From: Iphione sp. A-MEVVRFRX5
Taxonomy: Eukaryota
Reading direction: 5' to 3'
NCBI GenBank assembly: GCA_976226885.1
Contig: OZ320313.1
Coordinates: 28,830,001-28,894,000, forward strand
Length of the DNA: 64,000 nucleotides
The notes under the pieces are model-generated. The model had not been told where the DNA came from, did no database searches, and worked only from the letters and a program-made list of their open reading frames with translations. Each line of letters starts with the position of its first letter. Position 1 is the stretch's first letter. Shown here in pieces: positions 26,801 through 41,800 of this stretch. The position numbers and the translations under genes were made by a program.

Positions 26801-29800
26801 GGCCCGACACAAAGAAAGGTGGAAGGAGGAGATTTAGCCGCGATTGGCAATAGGCATGGCCGGGGAGATCCAGCTAGCTGATCTGTCCGTGAGTGGATGG
26901 ATGTTGTCCAGCCCCCGACGAGTACATTAGACCTGGTGGCGAGACACCAAGGGGGTCCCCTCTCAACTGCTTCACCGGGCGCCGATAGGATCTTTGGCGG
27001 CGGCTGAGTTGACGTCTATGGGGGGGGGGAGGTTGAGAGAGAGACCTGAAAATGCACCCCTTCCTACCGTCAATGACTCACAACGAAGAGGAAAGAATGG
27101 GGTTTATTATTCATGACTTTTATTCCCAAGCCCAATTAAGATGAAGGAATGCAGAGATGGGAGAGGGTTTTTTAAAGAGGGGGTGGGCGCGTGTTGCCGA
27201 GGGAGGATTGGCTCAAGCAGCTCGTTGTATCGGGGATGGGGGGGAGGGCAGTTGTTGTGGTGGGGTTGGACTGACGATGACGGCAAAGACCCCCCGGGGC
27301 GACACTCAGGGTTCGTAGGGTGCTGCATGGCTAGGATCCAGAAATTGGCGTCTTAAGATCCAGTGATCTGCCTTTGTGCGGAAAAAGGAACCTTAATGGT
27401 AAGCTTTGAAGCTGTAGCGCTGGCCGAGCAAAGTAGCCCATTGCGACGTTATGACGAAGGGGGCATGATTATAAGCTACTGTCTTGACCACACACAGGAA
27501 AATATACATGTAATGGGGAAAGAACGATGGAAACATGAGGTGCAGCATATACGAGTGCAGTGTGCAAGGAAGATTGTAATAAAGGAACGCAGATGAGGTA
27601 CAGGAAGGAATTACATTGAATCATATCTGGTGTGTTGTCTACAAACATGCATTATTTGCATGTATACGCAATATGACATACATGTACTTCCCGGGAAAGG
27701 CATTCACCCAGAAACAAACACACATATACATGTATTTAGACAGGAAGAAGAGGGAAAGAGGATATGGACTTTTTAAAACAAATATTTATGAAATATTACA
27801 CTTATGGCGATTAATCTGTTGCCGATCTGCCCTGAAGCGTTCTTGTTTTTTGCTAGACGTGTTAATATCTTTGGTGTGATTCCCTCCAGCAGACTACCAA
27901 CCCCTTCAAGCTGTCAAGTACGTATGTGATCATGGGCGCCGGATGGTAAAGCCACTGTAAAGTGCCGGACCTCGCCGTTGGCGGTTCCACATACGTATCA
28001 TTGACCTGTCAGAGACCGCCCAATCCTGATGGTTTGCCCCGAACACGAGTACGAGTGCGTCCAAACAGCGAGCAGGCCTCATCTCGAGGGTCTCTCCTCC
28101 CGATGTCCCGGCATCGTCCCGGACAGGAGGGTTTCCACCGCCATCACCCCTCGTTCAGGCCACCCCTCTCACAGGGTTCTATACAGGAAGTGTTATAAAG
28201 GCATCCCACTTCAGGTCTGAGCCAACAAACTGGAGACCACCAAGGCAATTCGCCGAATGAGGTTGAAGTGTCCCTTAAGAAACGACCATAGGTACTTGGA
28301 ACCAGGCCCATGTGGGATTATGCCGATATAGGGAGCCAATGCGTTTGGACAGTACCTTGTACTTCACTATTTATCATGTACAGTGTTCCACTCTCATTCG
28401 ATCCCTACGGTAGTATGTGTCTTCAAGTCCCAAAGCTCCAGCAGGAAATTCAAATACAATGTAAAGAGATATTGTAGTTGTTCGAAAAACAATCTTATAT
28501 GTTAGAATCAACTTTATGTGTATATAAATGTACATCATCTTTCTAAAGAATCAGATATTGTCAGTCTTAACAAGCACGTTCATTACCTAATGGCAGCCTG
28601 GCACGATGAAGCAGTAAAACGACTCGGGTTTTAGCATGAGGGAGCAGGGATTTCCTGGCAGCCGCGTCAAGGAGCAAAAGAAAACTACCAGTCACAAGCA
28701 TGTCAGATTCCACGTGTTGCAGCCGCATTGCCACTATAATCTACCCAGACCAAGAGCAGCCCATCACAAAAAAAGTATCCACGTTCAAAAAGCAGCTCCT
28801 GAAAGAAGCATTGCTCACATGCCAAAGTCTACGAACTTCGGTGAGGGTTAGACATCGTCGTCTACCAGTGATGCTTGCTTCCTATCTCGCTTCCTCCGGG
28901 CAAACTCTTGCACCTGCTCTCTCTCGCGCAACTCAACGCCTTCTATATCTTACTCACATCAGCATTTTTTCCCCCTTTACCTCCAAAGGATATAGTGATA
29001 TGACACCCTAATACGTCCTGTCTTTCTTTTTCTTTGGCCAGTTTTTATACTCTTTGACGTCCTGTTTCCATGAACTCCATTATCTGTACTTCCAAATCCC
29101 GCATTCTGTGCGCATTCATGCTACTTCAGATACATTTGAAACTGTTCCCATTCCACGTTTCTTTCGTGGGGGGAATGACTTTGATTCAGGGGCTGCTTTG
29201 CCCAGACCGAATGCTGGTCTCTTCCTCTTTCTCTTGTCCTAATCCATGCTGACGCTGGGCCTCTTTCATCGCGAACATGGTGAGTGTCTGGATGTAGCAG
29301 TGATAAAACATGGGGATATTTCAGGCGTTTCACGAAAATGTCTCCGCGCTTGTCACTGACAGTCTCTTTTTTGTAACTAGACACCTGCAGCGGTCTCTTG
29401 GGTTACAGCCGTCGTTGTGCTTTCCTCCTATATTCAGACGTTAAGTAGTTAGGAAATAGACTCGTCACTGGTTGAAGTCTGATCGCAGTCTGGATTTATC
29501 TTAAATTGAATATTTCACAGAGAGGCAAATCCCCCACTCTCTACCCTCTTAGCAAACGTAATTTAAGTCAGACAAATCCTTTCACCAGTGGCCAGATTAT
29601 ATGCGGAATTCGCGTGTTTTTCCAGTTCGTGGCAATGAAACACACTAGAAGGCAAGTGTTTGAATTCCCCTTCTCACAGATCAATGCGAGCCTTTTTCAT
29701 GGAAGGTTGTGGTCGAAACCGATATGTGAGTAATGGCTTTTCATTGTGTGTATCGACCCAATTTCGTAAAATTTCTCCTATCTGAATGACAGAATGCCAC

Positions 29801-32800
29801 CGGGAGGTACTTATCAACAATTGCTTGAGTAACCAATGCGTTCTCAGCTGCATGGACCGATTGGGTTCGGGATAGCTTCCAATTAAGCGGTGTCCGGATC
29901 CAGAACGTGCCAAGCATGGGTCAGTAGGGGTGACAGAGCCAGCCGGGCCTGTGGGCCCCACCTCGGCAGTATTGTAGGCAGTAAGCTAACCCAAACTGGA
30001 GGAGGGTTTGGAGAATAGCAAAATGGGGGGAGTTTGGAGATAGGACGTTTGTGGCAGTCGATGTCACAGCGTGAGTGGTCCTGGCCCCAGCCCCAAACCA
30101 CCGCTGACGCGTCTGTGTGTTGTTCGGTCAATATCCGTCCATCAGAACCCGACCTAGAGAGGTTGGGTCATCCTCTAACAACGTGGATTCCAAAAATAAC
30201 CGACGGTTTTACCCACCGTTTAGTCCAAGACTTCTTTATTTCAAGATGTCGTGTATTTATGTAAAACTTTTAAATCGCAGCTCCTTAGAACAGTCTCATG
30301 TACAAAATTAATGACAAAAGAAATACTAGTATGTCTTTAGAAATTAATCGTAACAATATGTAGGCTTACATATATTTAAAATGAGAGGAGTTCTCGTCTA
30401 TAGCTCTACGTAGTTTCAGGCAGAAATTATCAAGCATGATTTGTTAAGGATAAACAATAAAACTCTCTTCCATAGGTATTATTAATGTGCTTACGAAAAC
30501 ACCATCCATTTCACACAAAAAAAGTGCAGGGAATGATTTTCTAATTGGCCAATACCATGGTGGGAGAGACACACAGAGAACGCAAGATAGAAAAAGAGTC
30601 GGAGAAACACCCAGCATACGTGTCGGTGGCACCTACAAATCCTTAATAATAAGACACAACGTTCCACTTATCAACAGCCTTCGTTAGAGCCATTTCGTCG
30701 AAGCCGTTTCTCAACAGATGTACCAGAGACGGGGACATGACGGATCGCCCCTTGCGAAATTCGAACGTCCATATATTTTCAACGCCATGGTGTATACACG
30801 TTCTCCTACAACACTCAGTTTGCTCAGTGGACGCCAGCAATTGCCCTCTGTACAGGGATACTTGACACGAAACCGGCGCGGTGCGTGCACGCGTGTAATA
30901 AGTGTACATAAGCATTTCCATTTCTCGTCAATCACTCAACGCCTTTTGACAGGCAAGGTTCGCCACCCTGGCTAGCTCCGCATAATAACTCATTCCGAGC
31001 AGCCACCAACAGCGAAAAAAAATAACAGCTTCTGCGTACCTGTCCAAGTCATTTAATCACATAAAAAGAAAAGAACGCTGCCCCTGCTTGCACTGGATGC
31101 GAACAGAGAACGATGGCGCTGTCCATCCACTTACACGGACCCACGGGGACGATGGAGATAAACGAGTGTGGAAAACTGGCTGTGTCAGCTGCGGACAGCG
31201 TGGATAAATGACAGCGGAAAGAGTCAGTTATTATGATGCCGACTGGAAACTGTTACATGGTCTGGTACTAACTTATGGATAGAGACAGCATGGGTACCCC
31301 CGCCTTTTCCCCTTCCTAACTTTCTCCTGCTGTATGCCAGCAGCCCTCGGCGCGTGCGACCTGTAGCCCAGAGCGGTACGACCGGGTGGCAGCGGTTGCA
31401 TGACCTCAGGCTCCATGTCAGGTAAGGAGGGCAATCAGCGCGTGCCCACCTGGCCGTTTGTAGCCATGTGGACGCTGCCTTCTGTTACCCCATCCCACCT
31501 GGCCCACAACTCTGCTGCCCCTCTCTGCCAACAAGGCTGCCTCGCCGTAACTACTGCGCAACTCCCCGTCAGCATCCCTGCAGGGCAACCCCGACGGGGC
31601 GGCGTGGCACTGGTACGGGGAGGAAATGGGGGGGGGGGAGGCGTGGGTCTACGACGTAACGGAACACCTTGAAGGTCAACTACACTGAAAGTAGTCAGTA
31701 TGCAAGGCTGTGCCTCGCTGGCATTCCGGGTCTTGCTCAGCTGTCCATACAATAGACCCAGCAATGTGTTAACGTCGTGATTTAATGGGCGAGTTGCTTT
31801 TGGCACAGAGGTAGAAAAAAAACTATATGACTAGTAGGCCTACCAGATGATTTATCACAAAAGGACAATGTCCTCAATTCATCCGGAGGACTGGTCACTA
31901 GAGGGGACCTCTGGTGTCTTGTGTCACAGCATGAAAAAGAGAAGCGTACATCATACCTGGTCCCTCCAATTTAGCTCTCTCATTTGACATCTGCGACGTC
32001 TATTGTCCTCAGTACTATTGATAATATATCATAGGATGTCTTGACATTGATGATAAGGTTATTTTTAAAACAACATATTTTAAAACTCGCCTTTCACTTT
32101 TTTCCTGTGAATTTCTATCATTTATCGTCGTTTCACCACGTTTGATTACGGTCGATATGTATAAAAACACCTTTGAATAAACAATACGCGTACTTCAAAA
32201 AGATTGGTTTTTTATTTCCGTTTGTCTTGTCAATGGTCTGGCCGACATTCTCTCTTGCTCAGTGGGAATCGATCTGTTTGCATTTCGGCTGCACGTGCCA
32301 CATCCATTCGAGACACAAAGCTGAACGCAGTTTCACTGGCATGTTCGAGTGCTTGATTCGACCTGGTTCGATGGGATTTTGCTTTGGCATAGGTTCCCGA
32401 CCAGCACTACAACTCCAACCTGCCACACACAGACGCACAAAGCCCTCAGGTGAGGTTGACATATGTCCAACTTTATGACCGTTCGAGCCCACACATCTAT
32501 ACTGCCGTGTATACACACACCCGACAAACACACACACGCACACGTACAAACAAACACAGCCTGTACTCGCTCACAGACATGAGAGCTCGCAGCAAACAAT
32601 TTAAACCTCGTTTCCATCCATATCATAACGTCCCCTCACGCTGCCGCCATCGATGCTCTCATGGCCGCCGCCACCGACTAATGGAGGCCCTCCACTGATG
32701 GCCGCGATCAGTTGAGTGCGGCGCTCGTCATTCAACATTTGGCGGCATTTTGCCTGGTGGGGGCGGGCGACCGAGAGATGCCAGATATGCCTCGACGCCA

Positions 32801-35800
32801 GGAGCTAAACGGTGGAGTGGCTCCTGACTGTCCTGGAGGAGGCTTGACCTGCTAAGACCCTGGCTCCAGACGACCTCTAGAGCCGAATGAGGGGTAGTTT
32901 AGTCACCATTCAGCCACCGCCGGCGGAACAGGAAATGCGCCATTTCAGAGCGCCAGGCGTAGACATAGCGGCCCTTTGTAGTTCTAGGATAATGCCAGGG
33001 TGTCACGTCAAGCCTACGGAGCCGGCTTATCCTAACGTCAATGGGTATGATTAAAAGTATTGATTACGCAGGGAATAAAGCCCCCTCAGGTGAATCACCT
33101 CCGGCTATGAGTCGGCTAATTCGGCAGGTGCGCCAGGCGACAATGGGTGAAAACTCCGTTATCTCTGTCTGCGTAGTACTCCCACGCTTTTATTTTAGCC
33201 AGAACGCCAGTCGTGCCAAACAAACGCATCAGTGGGGGAAAACGGTACACATTACCACTATATCTCATTCAGCACCGAGTGCCATAAAACAAGCTGAATA
33301 AATGCAAACGAGAAGATAAATCGTTCATCATCGCTTTGCTGGCCAGTGGATCCAGAAGGTTTTGTGTTGTACAGATTACAATACGGTGGTACGCAGTTCT
33401 TGATGCTCCGTGCGCTTTGTTGTGCGGATCTGGCAGTCCAGCCTGAATTAGCCTCCATAGACAGTAAAAAGACGCCCTTTACACAGTTTCCATGTTGCAA
33501 GGGCCAGCTGCGCCACGTGGGTGGCTGAAGAGTCTCTGCCGTGGGAGACAGACAGGCTGAAGCGGGCAGATGACGCAGATTGTATATCAACCGGAAAAGT
33601 TGCCGTCACCTCCTGTGTACGTGAGGAGCGATAATGAGGTCCTGATGCGGATATGGATGGGAATAGAAAAAGCCACAATCATGCTCATATGGTCCTTGTC
33701 GCAACTCCATGCTTTCCTCTCTAATACATCCCTCTATATATTTCTGTCAATACCGACGACTGTCTGTTAATGTCTGTTTGTCTGTTGGTCCGTGAATGAA
33801 ACCCTACGGTAACATGGGGAGGGGGCCGGAGGGGGGGAGGCAGAGTTATTGTTTGTGTTCTGCAATGAGAAGCATGACATCAGAATAACCAAATCAATTG
33901 AAAACACGCAACGGGAATGAATCACATGGGGGCATTAACGGCGGCCAAGCATCAGAGCATCATGGAAAGTCTATCTGATTCTGATTCTGTGATAAAAAGA
34001 GAAATGCGTTTGACATTGCAGGCGGCTACAGCATACCTAATGAATGTACGTGCCTTTAAATGACTCTTATGATACCATGACAGCGTTCGGCCATTAGTAC
34101 TGCCCCTCGTGTATTCGTTCAGAACCCCTCCTGCCTCGGAGGCATGTACATTTGTTTTAATGATGGGACAAAGGATGGATCGGTCCTAACCACGAGAGGA
34201 CGGCTGGCACTGTGACATGTCCTATCTGCTTAACGAATCACTTCCCGGCGTCAGGTTGCCGCTATCTGCAGGCGTCAGCCAGTGGGGCAGTGGTCGCTCT
34301 ACATGCCGTGCAATATGCATGTTGCATGCAGCCACCAGAGGGCGAGGTCAGGGCTAAGGCGGGAGGGCACTGAGAGCTTCAACAGGCTGAGCGTCGAGAG
34401 ACGTCCCAGGGCTGTCCCCGGCCGGCTGATGGCCCCCTAGAGAACGCCCCTTATCGACGATCGGCGCCGATTAAAGCGCGACTGACACCGACCCTGTGCG
34501 ACATTTTTTTCCGCTGCGTCAGGACAAATCGCGTCAGACATGGCCCTTCCGAAAAGGTCGTAGTTGTTGAATCGTCAGAAAAGGACGTGAGGGAAAAGTG
34601 CATGTCGTCGGCGTCCTCCGCCCCCCGCCTCCCCTTGAAAAAAACACTGAGGTTCAACTGAAGTTAGTTAATGCCACATCTTCACCATTTAAAGCATGTT
34701 TTCACAATGAATGGTCTACAATTTGGGACAGCTGAATTATGTATAATATTTATAACATTGGTTCTAAACGTGAGGTGCTTAGTACTCCAATAAAACAAAA
34801 GCTACAATGTGAATACGCCATATCCAGACCAAGTCATACGTATATATATATATGCACTTTGGTACAGGTACCTGTGTAATGTTATACAGACAATGGTCAG
34901 GCAGAAGTATCTGCTTTATATTGGTGCCATTGCTGCCGGGGCAGGACCCATCCTCCGAGTGACCCAACGCTGCTTGATGCAATTTTGGTGGTGATTTTGG
35001 AGATGCGATTGTTAGCGATGGTCCAGTGGCGAGTCTGCCCCGCCATCAGCCTCTCACCCCGTGCAGATATCGCCCCGAAGGCTCGGGTTATGGTTCCGCC
35101 ATAAACGAGGGCGACGGAAGAAGATACGCCCCCGATCTTCACCACTTCTGTTCCATTCAGATGAGACTCGTCCAACCCCGCGGTTCAATAAACGCCGACT
35201 TTCCATGTGTCTGGAAATGTCTCCTGCACCACGGATGCATGTGCCTGGATGACACGATCCTATGCTGTTCAACATGATTATTTCCATGTGTTCGTGTGTG
35301 TGTTGCATGTTGCGTCTTGAGACTGAAAACGAACCTGGGCCATAAATTTACATGATTTTTGGACTCCGGAGACCCATATGGACCAGTGGAATAAGGAAAT
35401 GAGGGTGAGAACCATGTGAAACGAGTGTATGGGTCATGTAAAATGAAGATGGTGGTCATGTCAGATATTATCTAATATGCATATCATTTGCATAAAAAAC
35501 ACAATTTCCACCGATATGCCTTGATCTCCCCGAAAAACGCACAATTTCCACCAATGTGGCTCAACATCCACGAAAAACCCACAATTTCTTCCTATATACC
35601 TCTCTCTCTCTATCTCTTTCTCAATGTCCCTATCTCTCCGTACACATGGAAAAAAAGAGCCTCTCTGGGGAGGTGTGGAAAATCCATTTATTTTCCTGAT
35701 GACTATGTGGCGTGGAAAATCCAGACACATGGAAAGCCAGCCTAAGAAGTGAATGTGTAAAAACTCTTCAGTGGATCAAGAGGGATAAGGCTACGAATAA

Positions 35801-38800
35801 TATCAGGAGTGTTATTTAGTGGCACTTCTCTTTCCCTCGCGTTATATCCCGTTTTTGAAAGCAAACAAAAATGTTCAGTATTTTTTCGGAGATGATTATC
35901 TGTAGTGGATATGATAATACAGATTGTATTTTAGAGGTTATTCCTTGTGTATGCGTGTGTGGGACATGGGCAGGTCTACGACTGTGAGGAGGCTTTAGCC
36001 ATTCGTCCTGTGGGGCATGTACGCGTTGTTGAGATGGTCAGTGGGGGATGCTGACACGGCAAAGAGCTAACTTGACGCATTGCCCACCAAGAGACGTCCG
36101 GGCAGCAGGCGAGCGGTACTGTTTTACACAAGGCGCCCATTTCTATGTGCATCTTTGAGAAGGTATATGTCCCCAAGCCAACTTATACATATGACCTTAT
36201 TTTCCTCGGTGATGATCCCCTCCCTTGGCTATCAGATGTCTTCATCATCCCCTTATCGCATCACCTATATCAGAAGCTGCACTACATGTATATTTAAGCT
36301 GTTTGAATATAAGAGAATCCAACTCCACGAATCGATGTCACGGCCTAGGAGACAGTGTTGCTAAGTGTCCTTCCTCTCTGAACAGTATATTTATATGACC
36401 CGTGATCGCGATTCCCATGTTTAGTTCATTCTTTCATTATTCACTTTATTTCCGCGGATACTAATATACATAAGGTGCGGATGATCTCATGTTTAATCAT
36501 TGTAGATTTGCCATAGGTGATTACATAGAAGGTGGTGAGTCGAATATGCATAAGTGAGTGAATGAGCTAAGGCTAAGCACTTGGTCTACTGACAACAACA
36601 TTGGACATGCTTACAATGACACCTTATTCATACTTGCCAACTAGTTTAATGGTTTAAGGTACATCGACTCTTGTATCAATTGGACTCGATATTCACAGCT
36701 TGCATGTTTCTCTGTGGTAGAGAACTACGAGGAATTTTGGTGTCAGTCAGTTAGCCATATAGACAAAGCCCAAAACAGCTACGTTCATTTAGCAGTCGAT
36801 TGATAGAATATAAAACCAAATTCGATATCTGTTTACCTTTTTTTTCACAGTTTGATTCATTTTACATAGTTAGGTATATGTTCTCCCCGGATGAAGCCCA
36901 TGAGAGATGGCTCGATAACCATCTAGACAGCCCAAGATGGATGTATTTGATTGGGACTGTTTGCTTGCGTTATGAGTCAAAGTCCGAGATTAACCATATC
37001 TCCTTTTGCAGGCCAGTAGGGTGAATAGATTGTTGCTTGCATTTTGCCTTGAATTTGGACGTTTCGATTGGTAACTAATTATTCCAAAGCTGCCCTCCAC
37101 TGTACATTATACTACGTTTCAAGTTCTCACATTGTGGTCCTACCTGTGTTGTATTGGAAGGTTTCCATGTCTTGGTGCCTCTTATAAATGATCAATATTC
37201 TTAGATCACGACGATGGGATAAGCAAGGTGTTTTGCAGATCTGCCTGGCATCAATACTACGTATATATACTACGTATTGGACGAATGCTGACACTTCATA
37301 AGACTGCGTCATAGATTCCGGTCAGTCTCGTTAAGTTACAAGAGCTAATGTCTGTTACACAAATCAGTCTATATTCGATTATTGGGATCATCAGCGCCTT
37401 TATCAATAATATGCGATTCTCACCTTATGGAAGTAGTACAATTTATAGCTGACTGTTTTTAATATGTCATATTCTGGTTTATCAAATGAGAGGTTCTGGT
37501 CTAGCACTACCCCAAGGTACCTGTACACATTGACATTAGTTAAGACCTCATCCAGGAATTTCAGTTTTGGTGTAATAGCAAGTTCATTCTGTATTGAATT
37601 CATTTTGTGCTCATTTATTCCAGTGCAATCGGCAGTGGTCCTAACGCCTGAAGTGAAGTTATCAGTTTGAATGTAGCTTTAATTTGCATAATCCCAGAAA
37701 GTTAACTATCTCTGCTAAACAACTATTTTAAAGGGACGGGAAGATAAAAGATGGTACTTTCTGATGGGACACGCGCAATAGGTGATTCATGTGAAGGGCG
37801 CGCCGAGACGACTGGCGCCGGGAACCACAAATCTCATCACGTGACTAGTGAACCATGTGACCTCAACTTTCTCTTGTTGCCGTTCTTTGGGATATCTTTA
37901 GAGGCGCTGTCCTATCTCGAGGATTCGAATCGGGATCCAAGTTGTAATTGACTTGTTGGGAGTGGCCACCCAAGAACGATCCAGTGGACGCCCCAAGGGA
38001 GGCAAAATGGCCGTTTCCCCACTTGAGACAGGCTCCCGAAGCAAGATTGTAATTAAATGAAGCAGTGGGTCTCGTTCAAATACTGCCTCGCCTCGAGCGT
38101 CTTTTCTCTGTGCTGGACGCACGCCGACCATTGAGTCGTCGAGCTCGCCGCAGTCAGGCTGTAATTTATCTGCGCCATTTGATCGGTTCGACAGCGGATC
38201 AAATGTCGGTTGGCAAGAAAGCCATGCATATCATGCATCGACGATGAGCCGCTTGGGAGTCGGTTCTGAGAGACCTTTTGGTAGTTGCACGCTACGCTGT
38301 CGTGTCATTTGAAGGGGAGCGATATGGGGATGTCTCCTCTTCGAGCTGCACTTATAACTCTGACAAAGGACCGTGGATGTGGCTTCTACACACAAAAAAA
38401 GTACAGCTGGGCTGCAACGTGACACAAGCAAGCGCCGAATACCAAGGCTGTCAACAAGAAGGCTTTTGATGTGTTTCTCCCACTTTTCCCAATGTCTCAA
38501 TTGTCGGTGGGGACGCTTGAAAATGGTGCTTGATCAAAGACCACGCACTTCGGACGAGGAAAAAATCGATGTAATTGATATGTTTTGCTGAAGTCTTTTT
38601 TTCACGTCGACGCGCCAGATTTCCTTGATTTTGTGTGCTGCCTGCTTCGGGAATGATTTTGTATCTGTCCTTCCGCTTATGGTTTCTCCCCTTTGACAAG
38701 GCTCGCCTTGCGAGCGTGGCCATAATTGGTACGAGCTACTCATGGGTATTGGCAGGTCTAAATGCCTGATACAGGCGCTTCTTTTGTAAGTGGCATTTGT

Positions 38801-41800
38801 TCCTACGTGTGAGACCGAACTAAATTTAGAGAAAGCCGGGGAAACCTACGCCCAACCGGTTCTTCCAAGTCTAGACTAAAGACTGGAAATGTGTAAATGT
38901 ATTTGAAAATCGCACAAAGGAAAGTCCTCTTTGGGCATGGCCTTTTTATATATAGTCGTCTCAGAGTTTTCCTATCTTCAGTGGACCTGGGCGAGTACAA
39001 ACTATAGGCCTACATGCGTCACCGGAGAAATGCATACTTGCGGCAATATATTCATAAAAAGTCGCGACAGCTAGCTTGGATTAGAGGAAAACGAAACATA
39101 GAAGCAATAGAGACAGAGAAATTGAGGAGAGGCCGTGAACCACAACTTAGAAAGATGTCAGGAAAGGAGAAGACGAAGCGTGAGGGGACAACAAAGATTT
39201 ATACCTAAAAAGCCCAGGGCACATTTATAGTACATGATGGTAGCCACTGGGGATTTTCTTGCATCCACTATTTATAGACATAAGCCGGATGGTCAAGACG
39301 AATCAAAGCCAGCAAGGAGGAAGGGCACAGACTGCTGGCGCCTATCGCCCAAGGTGTTGGCGGGCCCAGCTGGCAGGCTCAGTGGGGAAGCGCAGCTCCG
39401 CCAGTGTTCCTGCGGGCAAGGCGTTGATCCGTTGTGACGTGCGGCGACCCTCTGTCCGGCCCGTGCCCCACACGGCCAGCCCCACTGCCAACTTCTTCCT
39501 CTCCGTGACTACTCGCACCCCTTCACTGGTCTTGAATCATCGGCTGGGTCTCAGCTGTTGAGCGCCGTATCTCGGCTCTCGCTGTCACTGACATGACAAA
39601 AATCGGTTTCACCACGTAACCTCTGGTTAAAGAGGATTTGAATTCTCTGCTAAAACATATTTTCATTCCTATTCCTTATCCATCTGATTTATTCCCCACG
39701 ATTCCTTCGACATAGACTCATATATAGCTCTACTTTCCCATGAAAACTCACCTTTCACCTTCTCTGCTGTCGGTCTGCCTCNNNNNNNNNNNNNNNNNNN
39801 NNNNNNNNNNNNNNNNNNNNNNNNNNNNNNNNNNNNNNNNNNNNNNNNNNNNNNNNNNNNNNNNNNNNNNNNNNNNNNNNNNNNNNNNNNNNNNNNNNNN
39901 NNNNNNNNNNNNNNNNNNNNNNNNNNNNNNNNNNNNNNCTTTGTTTGTTTTTTCTTTCGGCTACTCGCGTTCTCTGCACCTCGCTCTNNNNNNNNNNNNN
40001 NNNNNNNNNNNNNNNNNNNNNNNNNNNNNNNNNNNNNNNNNNNNNNNNNNNNNNNNNNNNNNNNNNNNNNNNNNNNNNNNNNNNNNNNNNNNNNNNNNNN
40101 NNNNNNNNNNNNNNNNNNNNNNNNNNNCCCCTCCTCGCTAGCACTATCTCTCTATCTCTCACAGTCACTTCCTGGCATCATCTCGTCACGCCACGCTAAC
40201 TTCTGGCGCCAGTGTATCCTGCCACCACGCTCCCTCAACCGTCGAGTCATTACTGTCTGACATCTCTTTTAGCCATTGACTGTCTCCGTTCAGGCACTAA
40301 GCCAGCATTCAAGTGCCAGTTGTCTGCGGTACCACTCGGCGTTGGCGCCACATCCTGACTCACCCGCTGACCGTTGCACCTGATTGCTGTCTCACCGCCC
40401 GAGCCACCCTCCTGCCCTCCAGTGGCCGCCCTGAGTAATATCTGATATTAATTTCGGGTCGGGCTTCGCTTGGTAAACTGAGACTAAATACACAGGTGGT
40501 ATCGTCGCACTCCACTACTCGGGGCTCTGAATCAGCAGCACTCAAAGCGGGCCCTACACCACAAACCAGGCCCTAAAAAAAATTTAAAGAGAGGTCCTCC
40601 TCAACCCCAACATGGCTCTTGTCACCGCTCTCTATTGTTCCTTCTCGTCGTGCGAAAATTTGGCACAGCGGGGGAACAATGGGCGAGTAAATTTATCTGT
40701 TGACCTTGTTGGATGATTAAATTAGAGGAGCGTGACTAAGGTAAAATATGAACCTCAATTAATCCGCTTAACTCAGAATTTCAAGTAGAAATATGAGTCG
40801 GTCGTGCAAAGACGGGAGAAGAGCTTTGACCTTTGGAAATATCTCAGTTTACAGACACGTGGAAACGTTGCGAGCGGTAGTACGGCTGTATCATGCCACC
40901 AGGCTAAGTTTGTGAGCAGAACCCTACGTTTGACCTACTCGATCGTGTCGTGATGAATTGAGGGATAGGTATCCCGCCGTAGTCCTAGAAGGCACGTCAG
41001 AAATATGCGCAGTTGGCCGCGCGTGCCGAGCAACTAAGTAGCAAATTGGCTCATTTATGTGATTACACAGCATTAAACAAAACAATGGTTGAGACGGTGC
41101 TGGCTGGTATAGTCGCAGCATCCAGCTGTCCCGAAACCCTCCTACCGGTGTGTTGTGTCACAAAGAGCATGACTGAAGGGACCATCTGCCCGCGTCCGTC
41201 AGACGCAGTGGGCGCGACAGAACTGCGCCCTATCGGGTTTATGTATCAACGACATGCAGGCTGGCCATTGTGCACGCCACGCCTAATTGGACAGCGTTGA
41301 GTCATTATGCCGACTTACCAGGAACGGTTGCTGCCATCCCACCTTTAGAACTCCACCCAAAACTAACACCGTAATTATCATAGAGACTATACACCGACTC
41401 ATATATTATTGACATGAAACAGCTATAGACCCGCGTATTCCCGAAATAGCACTTACATGTAATCAAGCTTGGAGAGCTTGATTTACAGCGGTGGTCCTAG
41501 TACTAGCCGTATCAATGTCATTTGCTTGCGGTGGGCAGATTCAGGTGGGCTTAATGACATGGCGTCGTTCATGTTTGTGTACGGAGGTCACCGGTTCAAA
41601 CAGGAGCTAATCATGGAACTCTTGTGCAGACGACAATGAAACTGCTGCATCTTTGGCGCGTACGGCCGGCCTGACTTCTCAGGTGATGGCCTTCTCTAGT
41701 ACGTGAGTAGTAAACGAAATGGGGTCGAGGTGGCCATTTGCACATCCGGGGTCGCCGGTATTGACACTCAAGTAGTCGTAATGTAGACGGGCAAAGTCCG

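Noticed and set aside
27962-28220. GC-rich ORFs as additional intron-1 coding exons (also ~31400-31800, 33346-33528 and 38278-38590)
   Set aside because: No recognisable domain, no phase 1-1 splice-site pair and no consistent codon bias.
39740-40199. ORFs spanning N runs
   Set aside because: Open only because N codons contain no stops.
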